Shown: piece after piece, positions 9,563 through 19,370 of the stretch
Numbering within the stretch: position 1 is the first letter of the stretch
Layout of the letters: every line of letters begins with the position of its first letter
Assembly (NCBI GenBank): GCA_963663765.2
Contig: CAXXUA010000013.1
Span: 32,001-96,000, forward strand
Direction of reading: 5' to 3'
DNA: 64,000 nucleotides
Origin: Candidatus Poribacteria bacterium
GTDB taxonomy: Bacteria > Poribacteria > WGA-4E > WGA-3G
Notes under the pieces: model-generated
Told to the model about the DNA's origin: nothing
What the model saw: the letters and a program-made list of their open reading frames with translations, nothing else
Database searches by the model: none
Translations under genes and position numbers: made by a program

Positions 9563-11776
9563 CTATTCTTCAGAGGCAGCAACCGTATTCCCAAATGCTT
9601 GTGCAACAATCACCAAATCCTGAATATTGACAATCCCATCGCCGTTGAGATCCGGTGCCGCTTCGCCAAACGAATTTGCCACAATCACCAAATCCTGAAT
9701 ATTGACAACACCGTCCATGTTCACATCTTCAGTCAGTGGTAAAGGTGTAATATCCCACAAAAGCACCGTGCCATCACCGCTGCCACTTGCGATTTTTTCT
9801 CCATCTGGGCTGAACGCAACGCTATTGACATTATCCCTATGCCCCGTGATTGTGCGGAGATGTTGTCCCGTGTCTGCGTCCCACAAGCGGACGGTGCCGC
9901 CGCGCAAACGGATGTCCCCACTGCCGCTTGCGATTTTTTTTCCATCTGGGCTAAACGCAACACTATAGACAGGCCTCGTATGTCCTGTTAGGGTGTGGAT
10001 GTGTTCTCCCGTTTCTGCGTCCCACAAACGGATGGTGCTGTCAAAACTGCCGCTTGCGATTTTTTTTCCATCTGGGCTGAACGCAACGCTATAGACAGGC
10101 CTCGTATGCCCTGTGATTGTACGGAGCTGCTCGCCCGTGTCTGCGTCCCACAAGCGGATGGTATCGTCGTCACTTCCGCTTACTATTTTTTTTCCATCTG
10201 GGCTGAACGCAACGCTATAAACATCATTTATATGCCCAGTGAGTGTGTGGATGTGTTCTCCTGTGTCTGCGTCCCACAAACGGAGCGTTCTGTCGTCACT
10301 TCCGCTTACTATTTTTTTTCCATCTGGGCTGAACGCAACGCTATTGACATACCTCGTATGCCCATCCGGGTCGAAACCGCCGACAAACGGATCCCCATTG
10401 ATTGTGCGGAGATGTTCGTCCGTGCCTACGTCCCACAAGACGATGGTCTTATAACTTCCGTATACGATTGTTTTCCCATCTGGACTGAACGCAACGCTAC
10501 GAATTGTATACCAATTCCCCCCACGGAGGCCGATCAAGTGTCCTGTGTCTGTGTCCCATAAACTGAAGTTTTGGTCTTCACCTCCGCTTGCGATTTTTTT
10601 TCCATCTGGGCTGAACGCAATGCTATTGACAGGCCCCGTATGCTCTCTGATTGTGCGGATATGTTCGCCCGTGTCTGCGTCCCAAAATTTGAGGGTGCCG
10701 TCATCACTGCCGCTTGCGATTTTTTTTCCATCTGGGCTGAACGCAACGCTATAAACATCATTTGTATGCCCAGTGAGTGTGTGGAGGTGTTCTCCTGAGT
10801 CTGCGTCCCACAAACGGAGCGTTCTGTCGTCACTTCCGCTTACTATTTTTTTTCCATCCGGGCTGAACGCAACGCTATTGACATCTCTCGTATGCTCTCT
10901 GATTGTCCGGATATGTTCTCCCGTTTCTGCGTCCCAAAATTTGAGGGTGCCATCGGAATCGCCGCTTGCGATTTTTTTTCCATCCGGGCTAAATTCGACG
11001 CTACGGACCGTACTACCCGTACGCCCTATGAGCGTTTGGAGAATTTTTCCTGTGTTCGTATCCCAGATATAGATGTCCGAATATGGATACTCGCTTGCGA
11101 CTGTTTTGCTATCTGGACTGAATGTTACACTCCCATATATCACATGCGTTATACTATGCGGTGCCCTGAGAATTGTTCTTTTGCCTGTGTCCACATCCCA
11201 CAGAATGTACCCCATGAAGATGCCGTGAACGTGATTGAAGCTTGCGAGTTTTTTGCCATCCGGGCTAAATTCTAGGTATCGAATAGGATGTGGGGTACCC
11301 GTGTACTGATCCTGTCTAATGGTGCGGATGAGTTTGCCTGTGTCCACATCCCACAGATGGATAGTGTATCTACCATTTTCCAAATCATCTTCACTGCTAC
11401 TTGCGATTGTTTTTCCATCCGGACTTAACGCGACAGTAGTGCCCCTTCCAGGCTCTGCGATCTCCAGAATGTGTGTGGCGGGGCGCAGGTGTTGTCCTGT
11501 GTCCGCATCATCCCACAAGATGATGCCCTTTTGTCCTGTGAGTAGGTCAAGTTCCTCACCCGTTTGTGCGTCGTAGAGCCAAATGCCGAGAGCACTAGAC
11601 ACCGCAAGCCGCGTGCCATCCGGAGAATATTCAATATTGTAAATTACGCTTTTACCGAGTCGCAGGACGGCTCCATCGGGTAGATGCCAGTGTGGTGAAT
11701 TTTGGGCAAAGGTGTTGGGTATAAATGTAAGCATCGTAAACAAAACGACTAAAATTAAAAATAATTTGGATTTCAT
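9563..11776 (-). CDS. Secreted WD40-repeat protein with a C-terminal dockerin
   Basis: Signal peptide; many 42-aa GH..V.SVAFSPDGKKIASGS.D.T.RLWD repeats; duplicated DVNMDGVVNIQDLV / DLNGDGIVNIQDLV loops. Confidence 0.9.
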   Translation of the reverse strand: MKSKLFLILVVLFTMLTFIPNTFAQNSPHWHLPDGAVLRLGKSVIYNIEYSPDGTRLAVSSALGIWLYDAQTGEELDLLTGQKGIILWDDADTGQHLRPATHILEIAEPGRGTTVALSPDGKTIASSSEDDLENGRYTIHLWDVDTGKLIRTIRQDQYTGTPHPIRYLEFSPDGKKLASFNHVHGIFMGYILWDVDTGKRTILRAPHSITHVIYGSVTFSPDSKTVASEYPYSDIYIWDTNTGKILQTLIGRTGSTVRSVEFSPDGKKIASGDSDGTLKFWDAETGEHIRTIREHTRDVNSVAFSPDGKKIVSGSDDRTLRLWDADSGEHLHTLTGHTNDVYSVAFSPDGKKIASGSDDGTLKFWDADTGEHIRTIREHTGPVNSIAFSPDGKKIASGGEDQNFSLWDTDTGHLIGLRGGNWYTIRSVAFSPDGKTIVYGSYKTIVLWDVGTDEHLRTINGDPFVGGFDPDGHTRYVNSVAFSPDGKKIVSGSDDRTLRLWDADTGEHIHTLTGHINDVYSVAFSPDGKKIVSGSDDDTIRLWDADTGEQLRTITGHTRPVYSVAFSPDGKKIASGSFDSTIRLWDAETGEHIHTLTGHTRPVYSVAFSPDGKKIASGSGDIRLRGGTVRLWDADTGQHLRTITGHRDNVNSVAFSPDGEKIASGSGDGTVLLWDITPLPLTEDVNMDGVVNIQDLVIVANSFGEAAPDLNGDGIVNIQDLVIVAQAFGNTVAASEE

Positions 11777-12047
11777 TATAGTGTTCTCCTTTTAAAGACA
11801 AGACAGATAAAGACAGGACAGACGCATTTTCCCTTTAAGGTCCTCTTCCCCACTTTCGGGGGGTTAAAAGGGGACTTTTTAGGAAAATGTGACTGTTCCA
11901 GCTCACGTCGCGTCAGTCCTGAAAGATATGAATATAGTGTAAAAGGTTATTTCTTGTCTTATGTCTTTACAGTTTTCACTGGAGCAAATTTGAGACTCAG
12001 CCTCCACCTATGCCGTGTCATTGTAGACACAGGGATAGACTGGCGGA

Positions 12048-13742
12048 CTACTGTGAAGAAGTAGCAACCGTATTCCCAAACGCATCTGCTACAAGATTCA
12101 AGTCCGTCTCATTCACTTTACCATCCGCGTTAACATCTTCAGGAATGGCTCTTATAAGACTTGAACCCAATTCTGATACGACCCGGATAAGGTCCAAAAT
12201 ATTGACAACTCCGTCCGCATTCACATCTTCTCGAAGACTGGTAAAACACACGGATCCCGTAGTCGTCATTGCGTTAGCAACCCTCACTAAATCAAGTATA
12301 TTAACAGCGTCGTCACCGTTAACATTGGCAATATGCGGGACACTTGTGCCGAAGTTTAACGCAATAATGACTAAGTCTGAAGCATTAACAACACCGTCCG
12401 CATTCACATCTTCCACTTGGCGTGCACGTATTCCCACCCCCTCCACATAGATTCTATCAACATAATAGGCGTTGTAATCTGCTATCCGTGGCCAGAAGTA
12501 ACCATCAAATACTAAATTATAGTCACCATTATGATGACTCGCAAATACATTTTCATGGTGAACCACATCATCAGGTAGGTTCCACATGTAGCAGTTGAGA
12601 TCATCCAAGCATGGACAGTGCCCGAGATTAACAGCGTGCCCGATCTCATGGGCAATGACAGCATTTATATAATCTGTTCTTATAGTATTTAAATCATCGT
12701 CTTTATAATAATACGATAACCGTTCGGTGTAGATGGTCCCCAATGAGTTTACTGATGGAGGTCCCACATACATACTTCCCAGACGATTATCTATAACATT
12801 ATCATCTTCAACATTATCATCTTCGTCCAGTTCCACTTCGGCTGTATCCTGCTGAAGTCTAATGGCGTAAACGCTTGGAGATGGCCCACCGCTTCCACCT
12901 GCGATTTCATAAGGAAAGACGTATCCATCAACCATATTCACCCACGGTGCTTCGTGAATAGTCATTGGTAAAGCGTACGCACCGCTGATGCTATATGCCA
13001 TAGCGAGATCAGGACCGATTTTGACGAAGACATCCCATCCATTTGGATCGGTATCTGTCAAACTCTCGTTGACATGGAAACCTCGGTACTCATTGATGAC
13101 AGTGATATTATCGCCAGTCCTTGTATTGGGGCCCGTATCGTTATCGTCATCGCGCCCATAGTTCATGGTTGCGTCGTTTTGCCAGCAGTCGGCGATTTGA
13201 TTCCCATTATCATCTTTGGGAATTTTGACAGTGGCGGTGTTGGAGGTATAGCCGGATCCGGATGCAGTCAATGCTAATTCGCCATAAGCGGCAGAGTCGT
13301 AACAATTAACAGTAAGGTTTATTGACTTCTTATTCGTTCCGTTGAGCGCGTAGCTAAGCTGACTTTCGCTTCCAGTCCAATTCGTCGTTTCATCAAGTCC
13401 TAGATCTGGAGCTATTGTTAACGCGCCGGTTGTAGCATCGAGTTTGTCATTTGGGTCAGATACATTTCCACTCTTACCTGCATACTGAGTCACATTCTGG
13501 AGAGTTGCGACAAGTTTACCACTATTGAAATCAGTAGGAACGGTGATCTCTATTGCAAACGTCAGATCGTTACTAATGTCTGGTTCGTTACTAATGTCTG
13601 GTCTCCAATTTTGAAGCAAGGTTTCATGGTTTGTCACTGCAATCTCAATGGATGGTGTTTGTTGTGCTACAAGTTTGGTGTTTCCGGGGGTAAAAAGGCA
13701 TAGGAGGCATAAGATGCCGAGTAAAATATATGTGAATTTCAT
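12048..13742 (-). CDS. Secreted zinc metalloprotease-like protein with two tandem dockerins
   Basis: Signal peptide; Asp-rich Ca-binding segments; HEIGHAVNLGH metzincin-like motif; four DVNxDGxVNxxDL loops. Confidence 0.75.
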   Translation of the reverse strand: MKFTYILLGILCLLCLFTPGNTKLVAQQTPSIEIAVTNHETLLQNWRPDISNEPDISNDLTFAIEITVPTDFNSGKLVATLQNVTQYAGKSGNVSDPNDKLDATTGALTIAPDLGLDETTNWTGSESQLSYALNGTNKKSINLTVNCYDSAAYGELALTASGSGYTSNTATVKIPKDDNGNQIADCWQNDATMNYGRDDDNDTGPNTRTGDNITVINEYRGFHVNESLTDTDPNGWDVFVKIGPDLAMAYSISGAYALPMTIHEAPWVNMVDGYVFPYEIAGGSGGPSPSVYAIRLQQDTAEVELDEDDNVEDDNVIDNRLGSMYVGPPSVNSLGTIYTERLSYYYKDDDLNTIRTDYINAVIAHEIGHAVNLGHCPCLDDLNCYMWNLPDDVVHHENVFASHHNGDYNLVFDGYFWPRIADYNAYYVDRIYVEGVGIRARQVEDVNADGVVNASDLVIIALNFGTSVPHIANVNGDDAVNILDLVRVANAMTTTGSVCFTSLREDVNADGVVNILDLIRVVSELGSSLIRAIPEDVNADGKVNETDLNLVADAFGNTVATSSQ

Positions 13743-13874
13743 AATGATTCTCCTTCTTTGATAGTTAAATCAATAACAGTTAAACATTTTCTTTCATTTT
13801 GGTGCGGTTAGGAAACCGCACCTACCGTGGTTGGGATTTTTTGTTAGGAACAGTTCGAAACATAGAACTCCTTT

Positions 13875-15389
13875 TCACTTCCTGTTTTGCGGATTATTGC
13901 GGCGAGGGGGTCGTCTTTCTTCAATAAGACGTTCCATCTGTTCCGCAAGTTCAGGGTCTTTTTCCTTAAGCCGTTGCAAGCCTTCTTCGGGACCGTATCG
14001 TTCAATCATTTCAAAAGCGCGGACAGTACGTTCTGGTGCAAACAGAGGATCGCCGCCCTTGAGATGTGCAGCAAACTCCTTGGAAAGGAAGTCATCAAAG
14101 TCAATAGACTCCTCAGCGTTCATGATACTCTCTGCCCATTTGAGGAATTTCTCAAATTCCTGCTGTGCGGTTGTTTGCTGTCGTTGGAATTCTGTGCGTG
14201 CAGCTTCGGCACGTGCAGCTTTTCGACTTTCCTTATCTGTTAGTTGATTTTCCGATGTGTCATGCTCTTCAGGTGGGAGTTCCGGGATCCAAGGGGTTTC
14301 TTGATCAACTGGGGCAAACGATTCTTCGTGTGTCATCTCTCCGATATCTATTAGCATTTCATCGAATTCGGGTATCAAGGAAGGTGTGCGCGAAATCGGT
14401 TTATATAATGGTTTGCCCATTTCAATCGCGCGTTTACGCAGTTCAGTCAAACCACTGTTCAGTATCGTTTGCTGCTTTCTGTAGTAAAGCCATGCGGTTT
14501 TGAGATCTCCGAGTCGCTCGGATGCCAACCCTAACCCTAAATATCCGAGTGTAGCGTCAAGACTGTTCACCTTCTTTAGGTACTGAATCGCCTCTTCTGG
14601 ATAGTCATAATGCAATCGGTGTCCTAATGCACTAAGGGCACGAAGATTCTCAGGGTCCCTGTTAACGATCTCTCGGTAACCAGCTGCTGCTATAACGTTG
14701 TCCGGTTCTGTACTTAGCAGCACCAGTTGTGCATCTGTGTTGTCTGGGTCCCTGGCAAGCACACGTCTCGCGTAAGTTTCTCTGTATTCCTGAGGTGCAT
14801 TTACTTTATAGAGGTAGTCTATAGCGCGACGGGTTTCCAGCTTATCTAAAATGAGAGGATTATAGATTCCGTGTGTTTCAAGGAAGACTACAGCGTCCTC
14901 TGGTAACATATCGCCAACGAGAACCTCATATTCTCTTTCATAGGCTTCCACTGTGATAACGTTTTCGCCACCCACCACCTCATACCGGGTACCTGCGATA
15001 ATCATTTCCTGATATATCCGGTTGAGACGTGCCTGAAGATGTGTTGGCAGGGGTGCGGGGTGTGGTAAAATGGCACAAGTGATGGGAAGCGGAGGACCAC
15101 TGTTCTTCAACACAAGGTTTTGGCGGGTATTCGTCTTGGTACGCGCGCGTTTGATTTTTGGCGTTGTGTCGTGAGGTGTATCGTGCCATTCGTCTCCGTG
15201 CCAGTGTCCGCCAGGTGCTGCACCGGGTGGAGGTGGTTTTGTGGTGTGGTGGGTGCCATCATCTGCTACTTCTGATGTTGTGCCCTGGGTCAGCCCATTG
15301 TAAATAAAGAGTCCGATGTAGAGCAACACAAGTGCGCCAAGTGCACCGAGTAGAAAAGATTTCCAAAAGTCTCTTATAAATGTCATCAT
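13875..15389 (-). CDS. Membrane-anchored TPR-like protein with a GHWHGDEWH motif
   Basis: N-terminal TM helix, PPPP..GGHWHGDEWHDTPH, helical repeats (DPDNTDAQ, DPENLRAL..LG). Confidence 0.6.
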   Translation of the reverse strand: MMTFIRDFWKSFLLGALGALVLLYIGLFIYNGLTQGTTSEVADDGTHHTTKPPPPGAAPGGHWHGDEWHDTPHDTTPKIKRARTKTNTRQNLVLKNSGPPLPITCAILPHPAPLPTHLQARLNRIYQEMIIAGTRYEVVGGENVITVEAYEREYEVLVGDMLPEDAVVFLETHGIYNPLILDKLETRRAIDYLYKVNAPQEYRETYARRVLARDPDNTDAQLVLLSTEPDNVIAAAGYREIVNRDPENLRALSALGHRLHYDYPEEAIQYLKKVNSLDATLGYLGLGLASERLGDLKTAWLYYRKQQTILNSGLTELRKRAIEMGKPLYKPISRTPSLIPEFDEMLIDIGEMTHEESFAPVDQETPWIPELPPEEHDTSENQLTDKESRKAARAEAARTEFQRQQTTAQQEFEKFLKWAESIMNAEESIDFDDFLSKEFAAHLKGGDPLFAPERTVRAFEMIERYGPEEGLQRLKEKDPELAEQMERLIEERRPPRRNNPQNRK

Positions 15390-15989
15390 ATCCGTTCTCC
15401 TTTATTTGTTGTATCCATATATGGGATGTATTCTAATAATTTACTGGATGATCAGTGGGATTCTGTCTTGTGTCCATTCACTTGAATACCAAACAAGACA
15501 GCAACACTCGCAAAGACAATAGTGATGTTTCTTTAGTTGATGGTAGTTGATTTTCTCTGTAAATAAATTTCTTTATCTAAAAATTGTCAACAATGTAAAT
15601 CTTAAGTTAGAAATCATGCAACACATAGATAATCTATATAACAATAAGCATATATTAACTGACTGACTGCAAATCTTTGTTTTTGATGGATAACAATGCA
15701 ACCTAATCATAACCATATAATATCATTAAGTATATTATTGCATAGTTTATAATATAAATCTGACTTTATATGATTATATTATCTTATGCAAAAAAAAATC
15801 AAGTTAATTTTGAGAAAAATAGAATATTTTGTGGAATTTAGACAAAAAATCGTGAAATATGCTGAAATTGTTTGGACATGGCAGATAAAATTGGACAAAT
15901 TTGTGTATTTGATTCTGATTACGCTACTGGTTTAGTTCAGCAATTCCTGCAGTGTTTGTGAACGGTATTCAAATATCTTTTCTATCGTG

Positions 15990-16267
15990 AGTTTGGACAG
16001 TTTTTTTAGGCGTGATGCTTTTCATTTTCATTTTGAATCTCGTGCTAAAACACATTTCGCCCTCTGTGGCTTGGAGTGGGACTGGTAATGATCTATACAC
16101 ATTCCGTCCTTCTGTGACCGCCACTTTGATCTCTGATATATTTTCGTTGAGTTACAGCACTGTCTGAAACTCATAGAAAAAGAATTCTTTTGTCAATATT
16201 GGCAGCACCTGCGGTGTGAAAGGTGTAAAAAACATTTACAAACGAAAACACGAAAACTGTCCAAACT
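15990..16267. mobile_element. MITE with TIR agtttggacagtttt / aaaactgtccaaact
   Basis: 15-bp inverted repeats; same end family as 42486-42855 and 56578-56899. Confidence 0.7.
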
Positions 16268-16459
16268 ACCTTGTTTTTGTCCTATGAATGTGGAAAACCA
16301 TACCAACTATGAGCGAACACAAACCCATACCCGCATTGAGAAAATAACACCTCAAAAGGTAGCACAGAACTTGTACGGACCTTTTAAAGAAAAAGTAAAC
16401 AAAAACTACGATTTTTACCGCTTTTTCCGACACCAAAGATGCCTTGAAAATGTTGGTGC

Positions 16460-16603
16460 CTAGTGCTTAGTCAACATACTATTGTAGGTCGCGATTCGGA
16501 GATCGCTCCTACAGAAGTCTTGTGTATTGTGTGTATTGTAGGAGGGAACTCCGATTCCCGACTACTTTTTAGACCCATCAATAAACAGTTGACTAAGCAC
16601 TAG
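16460..16603. mobile_element. MITE with TIR ctagtgcttagtcaac / gttgactaagcactag carrying a GTAG REP pair
   Basis: Perfect 16-bp inverted repeat. Inside are gtcgcgattcggagatcgctcctac and gtaggagggaactccgattcccgac. Confidence 0.8.
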
Positions 16604-16653
16604 TAGATAGTCCAGACTAAAAGTTTGTATTTATTTTTTTGTTTCTTAGTATC

Positions 16654-16682
16654 TTGACAAACAAGAGATTTTCTCTTATAGT
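16654..16682 (+). promoter_or_regulatory. Sigma70-type promoter of the IS630 transposase
   Basis: TTGACA-N17-TATAGT, then the RBS aaggagg. Confidence 0.65.
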
Positions 16683-16710
16683 ATAGCAAAACTTAAGGAG
16701 GAACACAACC

Positions 16711-17844
16711 TTGACTAAGAAATATGTTGTAAAACTCACTGATTCGGAGCGGCAGGAGTTGTTAGATTGTATAAACACAGGTAAAAAAGAGGCGTATAAG
16801 ATAAGGAATGCTCATATTTTGCTGAAATCAGATGTCAATGGCCCCGGTTGGACTGATGGGAAAATAGCTGAAGCGTATGAGTGCACTGATAGGACAGTCG
16901 CGAAAGTGCGTAAGCGTTTTGCTGAAGGTGGTTTTTCTCGTGTCTTATTTCGTGCTAAGCGAGAGCATCCTCCCACACCTCGTAAACTTGATGGTGAAGC
17001 TGAAGCCCACTTGATAGCACTGAGTTGTAGCGAACCTCCCGAAGGTGCTGCTAAATGGACTTTACGCCTACTTGCGTCAGAATTGGTAAGACTTGAAATC
17101 GTGGAAAACATTTCTCCAGAAACGGTAAGACAGACACTAAAAAAAAACGCTTTGAAGCCACACCTTCAGCAACAATGGGTGATCCCCCCTGAAAAAGATG
17201 CTGAGTTTGTAAAGTCGATGGAAGAAGTGCTTGATCTTTACCAGAAACCTTTGGATACAGAAATACCTATTGTGAACATGGACGAACAATCTGTCACGCT
17301 TAGGGATGATGTTCGGGATCCGCATCCTGTGAAACCGGGGCAAGTCAAGCGTATAGATAATGAGTATAAACGCAAAGGTACGGCAAATATCTTCCTATTC
17401 ACAGAAGCATTATCGGGATGGAGGCGTGTGTCTGTTCGGACGCACGGAAAGACAGAGGATTGGGCATGGGCAGAAGAAGTAAAAATACTATTGGATCAGG
17501 ACTACCCTTTAGCAGAAAGTGTGATTTTAGTTTGTGACAACCTGAATATACACAAACTTTCGTCGCTCAATAAAGTGTTTGGAGATGAGGAAGCAAATAG
17601 GTTGCGTAAGCGTTTAGAAATCGTGCATACGCCAGTACATGGGAGTTGGTTGAATATAGCGGAAATAGAACTGAGTGTCCTTACGCGTCAATGTTTGTGT
17701 CGGCGTATCCCAGATATAGAGACACTCCGTAGAGAGACACAAGCCTGGCAAAAACGGCGAAATGCAGAGCAAAAGCAGGTAGACTGGCAATTTACAACGG
17801 ACGATGCGCGCGTACGATTAAAACATCTATACCCGAACAATTAG
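16711..17844 (+). CDS. IS630 family transposase (single ORF)
   Basis: HTH region KWTLRLLA; catalytic MDE, CDNLNIH and HGSWLNIAEIE. Confidence 0.93.
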   Translation: MTKKYVVKLTDSERQELLDCINTGKKEAYKIRNAHILLKSDVNGPGWTDGKIAEAYECTDRTVAKVRKRFAEGGFSRVLFRAKREHPPTPRKLDGEAEAHLIALSCSEPPEGAAKWTLRLLASELVRLEIVENISPETVRQTLKKNALKPHLQQQWVIPPEKDAEFVKSMEEVLDLYQKPLDTEIPIVNMDEQSVTLRDDVRDPHPVKPGQVKRIDNEYKRKGTANIFLFTEALSGWRRVSVRTHGKTEDWAWAEEVKILLDQDYPLAESVILVCDNLNIHKLSSLNKVFGDEEANRLRKRLEIVHTPVHGSWLNIAEIELSVLTRQCLCRRIPDIETLRRETQAWQKRRNAEQKQVDWQFTTDDARVRLKHLYPNN

Positions 17845-18059
17845 TCTGGACTATCTACTAGTTATGATGAGGGTTTCAAAGGTAGGGAATCGTGATTTGA
17901 GACCATTCGATCCCTTTTGAAATCAGATAGGGACTGGGATTGATACCCTCTCATTGATCAACTGGATCCCGATATGTTTGGACGAAAACAAGGAAACTAT
18001 AGTAATTTTATATGTTATACCATTTTCATGTGATAATGTCTCATTAGCAGCGAAAATCT

Positions 18060-18103
18060 GGTAGGAGCGACCTCCCGGTCGCGACCGGGAGGTCGCTCCT
18101 ACC
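18060..18103. repeat. Perfect 44-bp palindrome of two head-to-head GTAG REPs
   Basis: ggtaggagcgacctcccggtcg|cgaccgggaggtcgctcctacc; identical copy at 43832-43875. Confidence 0.95.
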
Positions 18104-18524
18104 GAAGAGAGTAACCCCCTGCCAGTAAATAGTAGAATTCCTTAATGAGACAAGATTTATTTGAATTAGTACTATACTATATTTAACATATTGTTTTAGT
18201 GTTAGATCAATATTACATCTACCGAAAATATAGGTGTGAATCAAATGAATTTATCACCAATCAACAGGAAACAAAAAACTACAAAATTACTCAAAAATTA
18301 TATGTCAAAAATGCAGAATTTCAAAATAATCTAAAATGTTACACTTTTCCAAGAGATATTTTTTTGAAATTCACAAAAAAATATCTCTAACCCTTACTAC
18401 ATCTGGGATAACATCCATTTTAAAAAGTTACCAAAAAACGAAAAATGTTTTCATTTGAAAACATTTTAAGAAAATGATCATCCAGAAAAACAGATGAATT
18501 ATAATTAAAACCCTTCACAAAAAT

Positions 18525-19181
18525 CAATACCTTCGCCATTTTTAAGTGTTTCAATTGAATGAGTATATAGTGTTGATCTACCATTGCTCTGTGATATTGT
18601 TAGGATTACATAAATAAAAATAACTTCAGGTTTTCGTTGAAGTATTTTTAATTACAATAGCGTCTAATTTGACAATAGAAATGACTATATCAGCAATCTG
18701 TCAGAATGTCTATTATTGGCCAGGGTTATTTAGTTTTCAATATTTTAGATATTATTTTGCTATGTCGTTAATTTTATGGGGTACCATCTTGTCCAGTTCT
18801 TTAGTGGTTCACTCGCTAAACATTTATCATGTAGAGAACGGACAGAATAAACCCAAAAGCCCCTTCCCCCCGCTTTCGGGGGGAAGGGGGTGGATTTAGG
18901 GAATTTAAAACACAAATACTTAGCGAGTCAACCATTTAGTCCCGTAGGGACGATATGTTTATAGAAAATGTTTTCCACCCTAATTGAGTTCCGTAGGAAC
19001 GACATAGAAGAATAAACATATCGTCCCTACGGGACTAAAGAGCGATGTTCATGTTTCAATAATCTAAAACTGATGCAGAAAGTTCGTTTAGGAAATCGAA
19101 CCTTGGTATTAACTTTCAGTAAATCTCAATAACAGAAAACTCTTAAAACTAAATAACCCTGTATTATTGGCGAAGGTATTG
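18525..19181. mobile_element. MITE with TIR caataccttcgcca / tggcgaaggtattg (IS4-like ends)
   Basis: 14-bp perfect inverted repeat; second copy at 43919-44617. Confidence 0.8.
18721..19161. mobile_element. ISAs1-like MITE (CAGGG ends) with gtagggacgatatg REP cargo and a 10-bp TSD
   Basis: TIR cagggttatttagtttt / aaaactaaataaccctg; tattattggc on both sides. Confidence 0.85.
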
Positions 19182-19370
19182 AAAAATTAGATATAATAAA
19201 TACAAACTTTTCTACACAAATTTAGCATTGACATACAAATCTAAATTCCAGCATAAAAAATGAAATACTTGAAATATTAATACCTCTAACCAACTGTTTT
19301 CTTGTTGAATTATTTGTGTATTTATGTGAAACTATGATAATTCCATATACATATAGAGGAACAACAGAAA

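Larger units (their letters stand above)
16601..17860 (+). mobile_element. IS630 family insertion sequence
   Basis: Perfect 20-bp inverted repeat tagtagatagtccagactaa / ttagtctggactatctacta (including TA), in a CTAG context. Confidence 0.92.
16269..17993. mobile_element. Non-autonomous IS1380-ended element (CCTTG...CAAGG) hosting a CTAG MITE and an IS630
   Basis: ccttgtttttgtcc at 16269 and ggacgaaaacaagg ending 17993; aaacta is directly repeated at 16263-16268 and 17994-17999. Confidence 0.7.

Noticed and set aside
18044-18899. Short ORFs in the AT-rich intergenic region
   Set aside because: They overlap REP/MITE sequence and lack an RBS or recognisable motifs.
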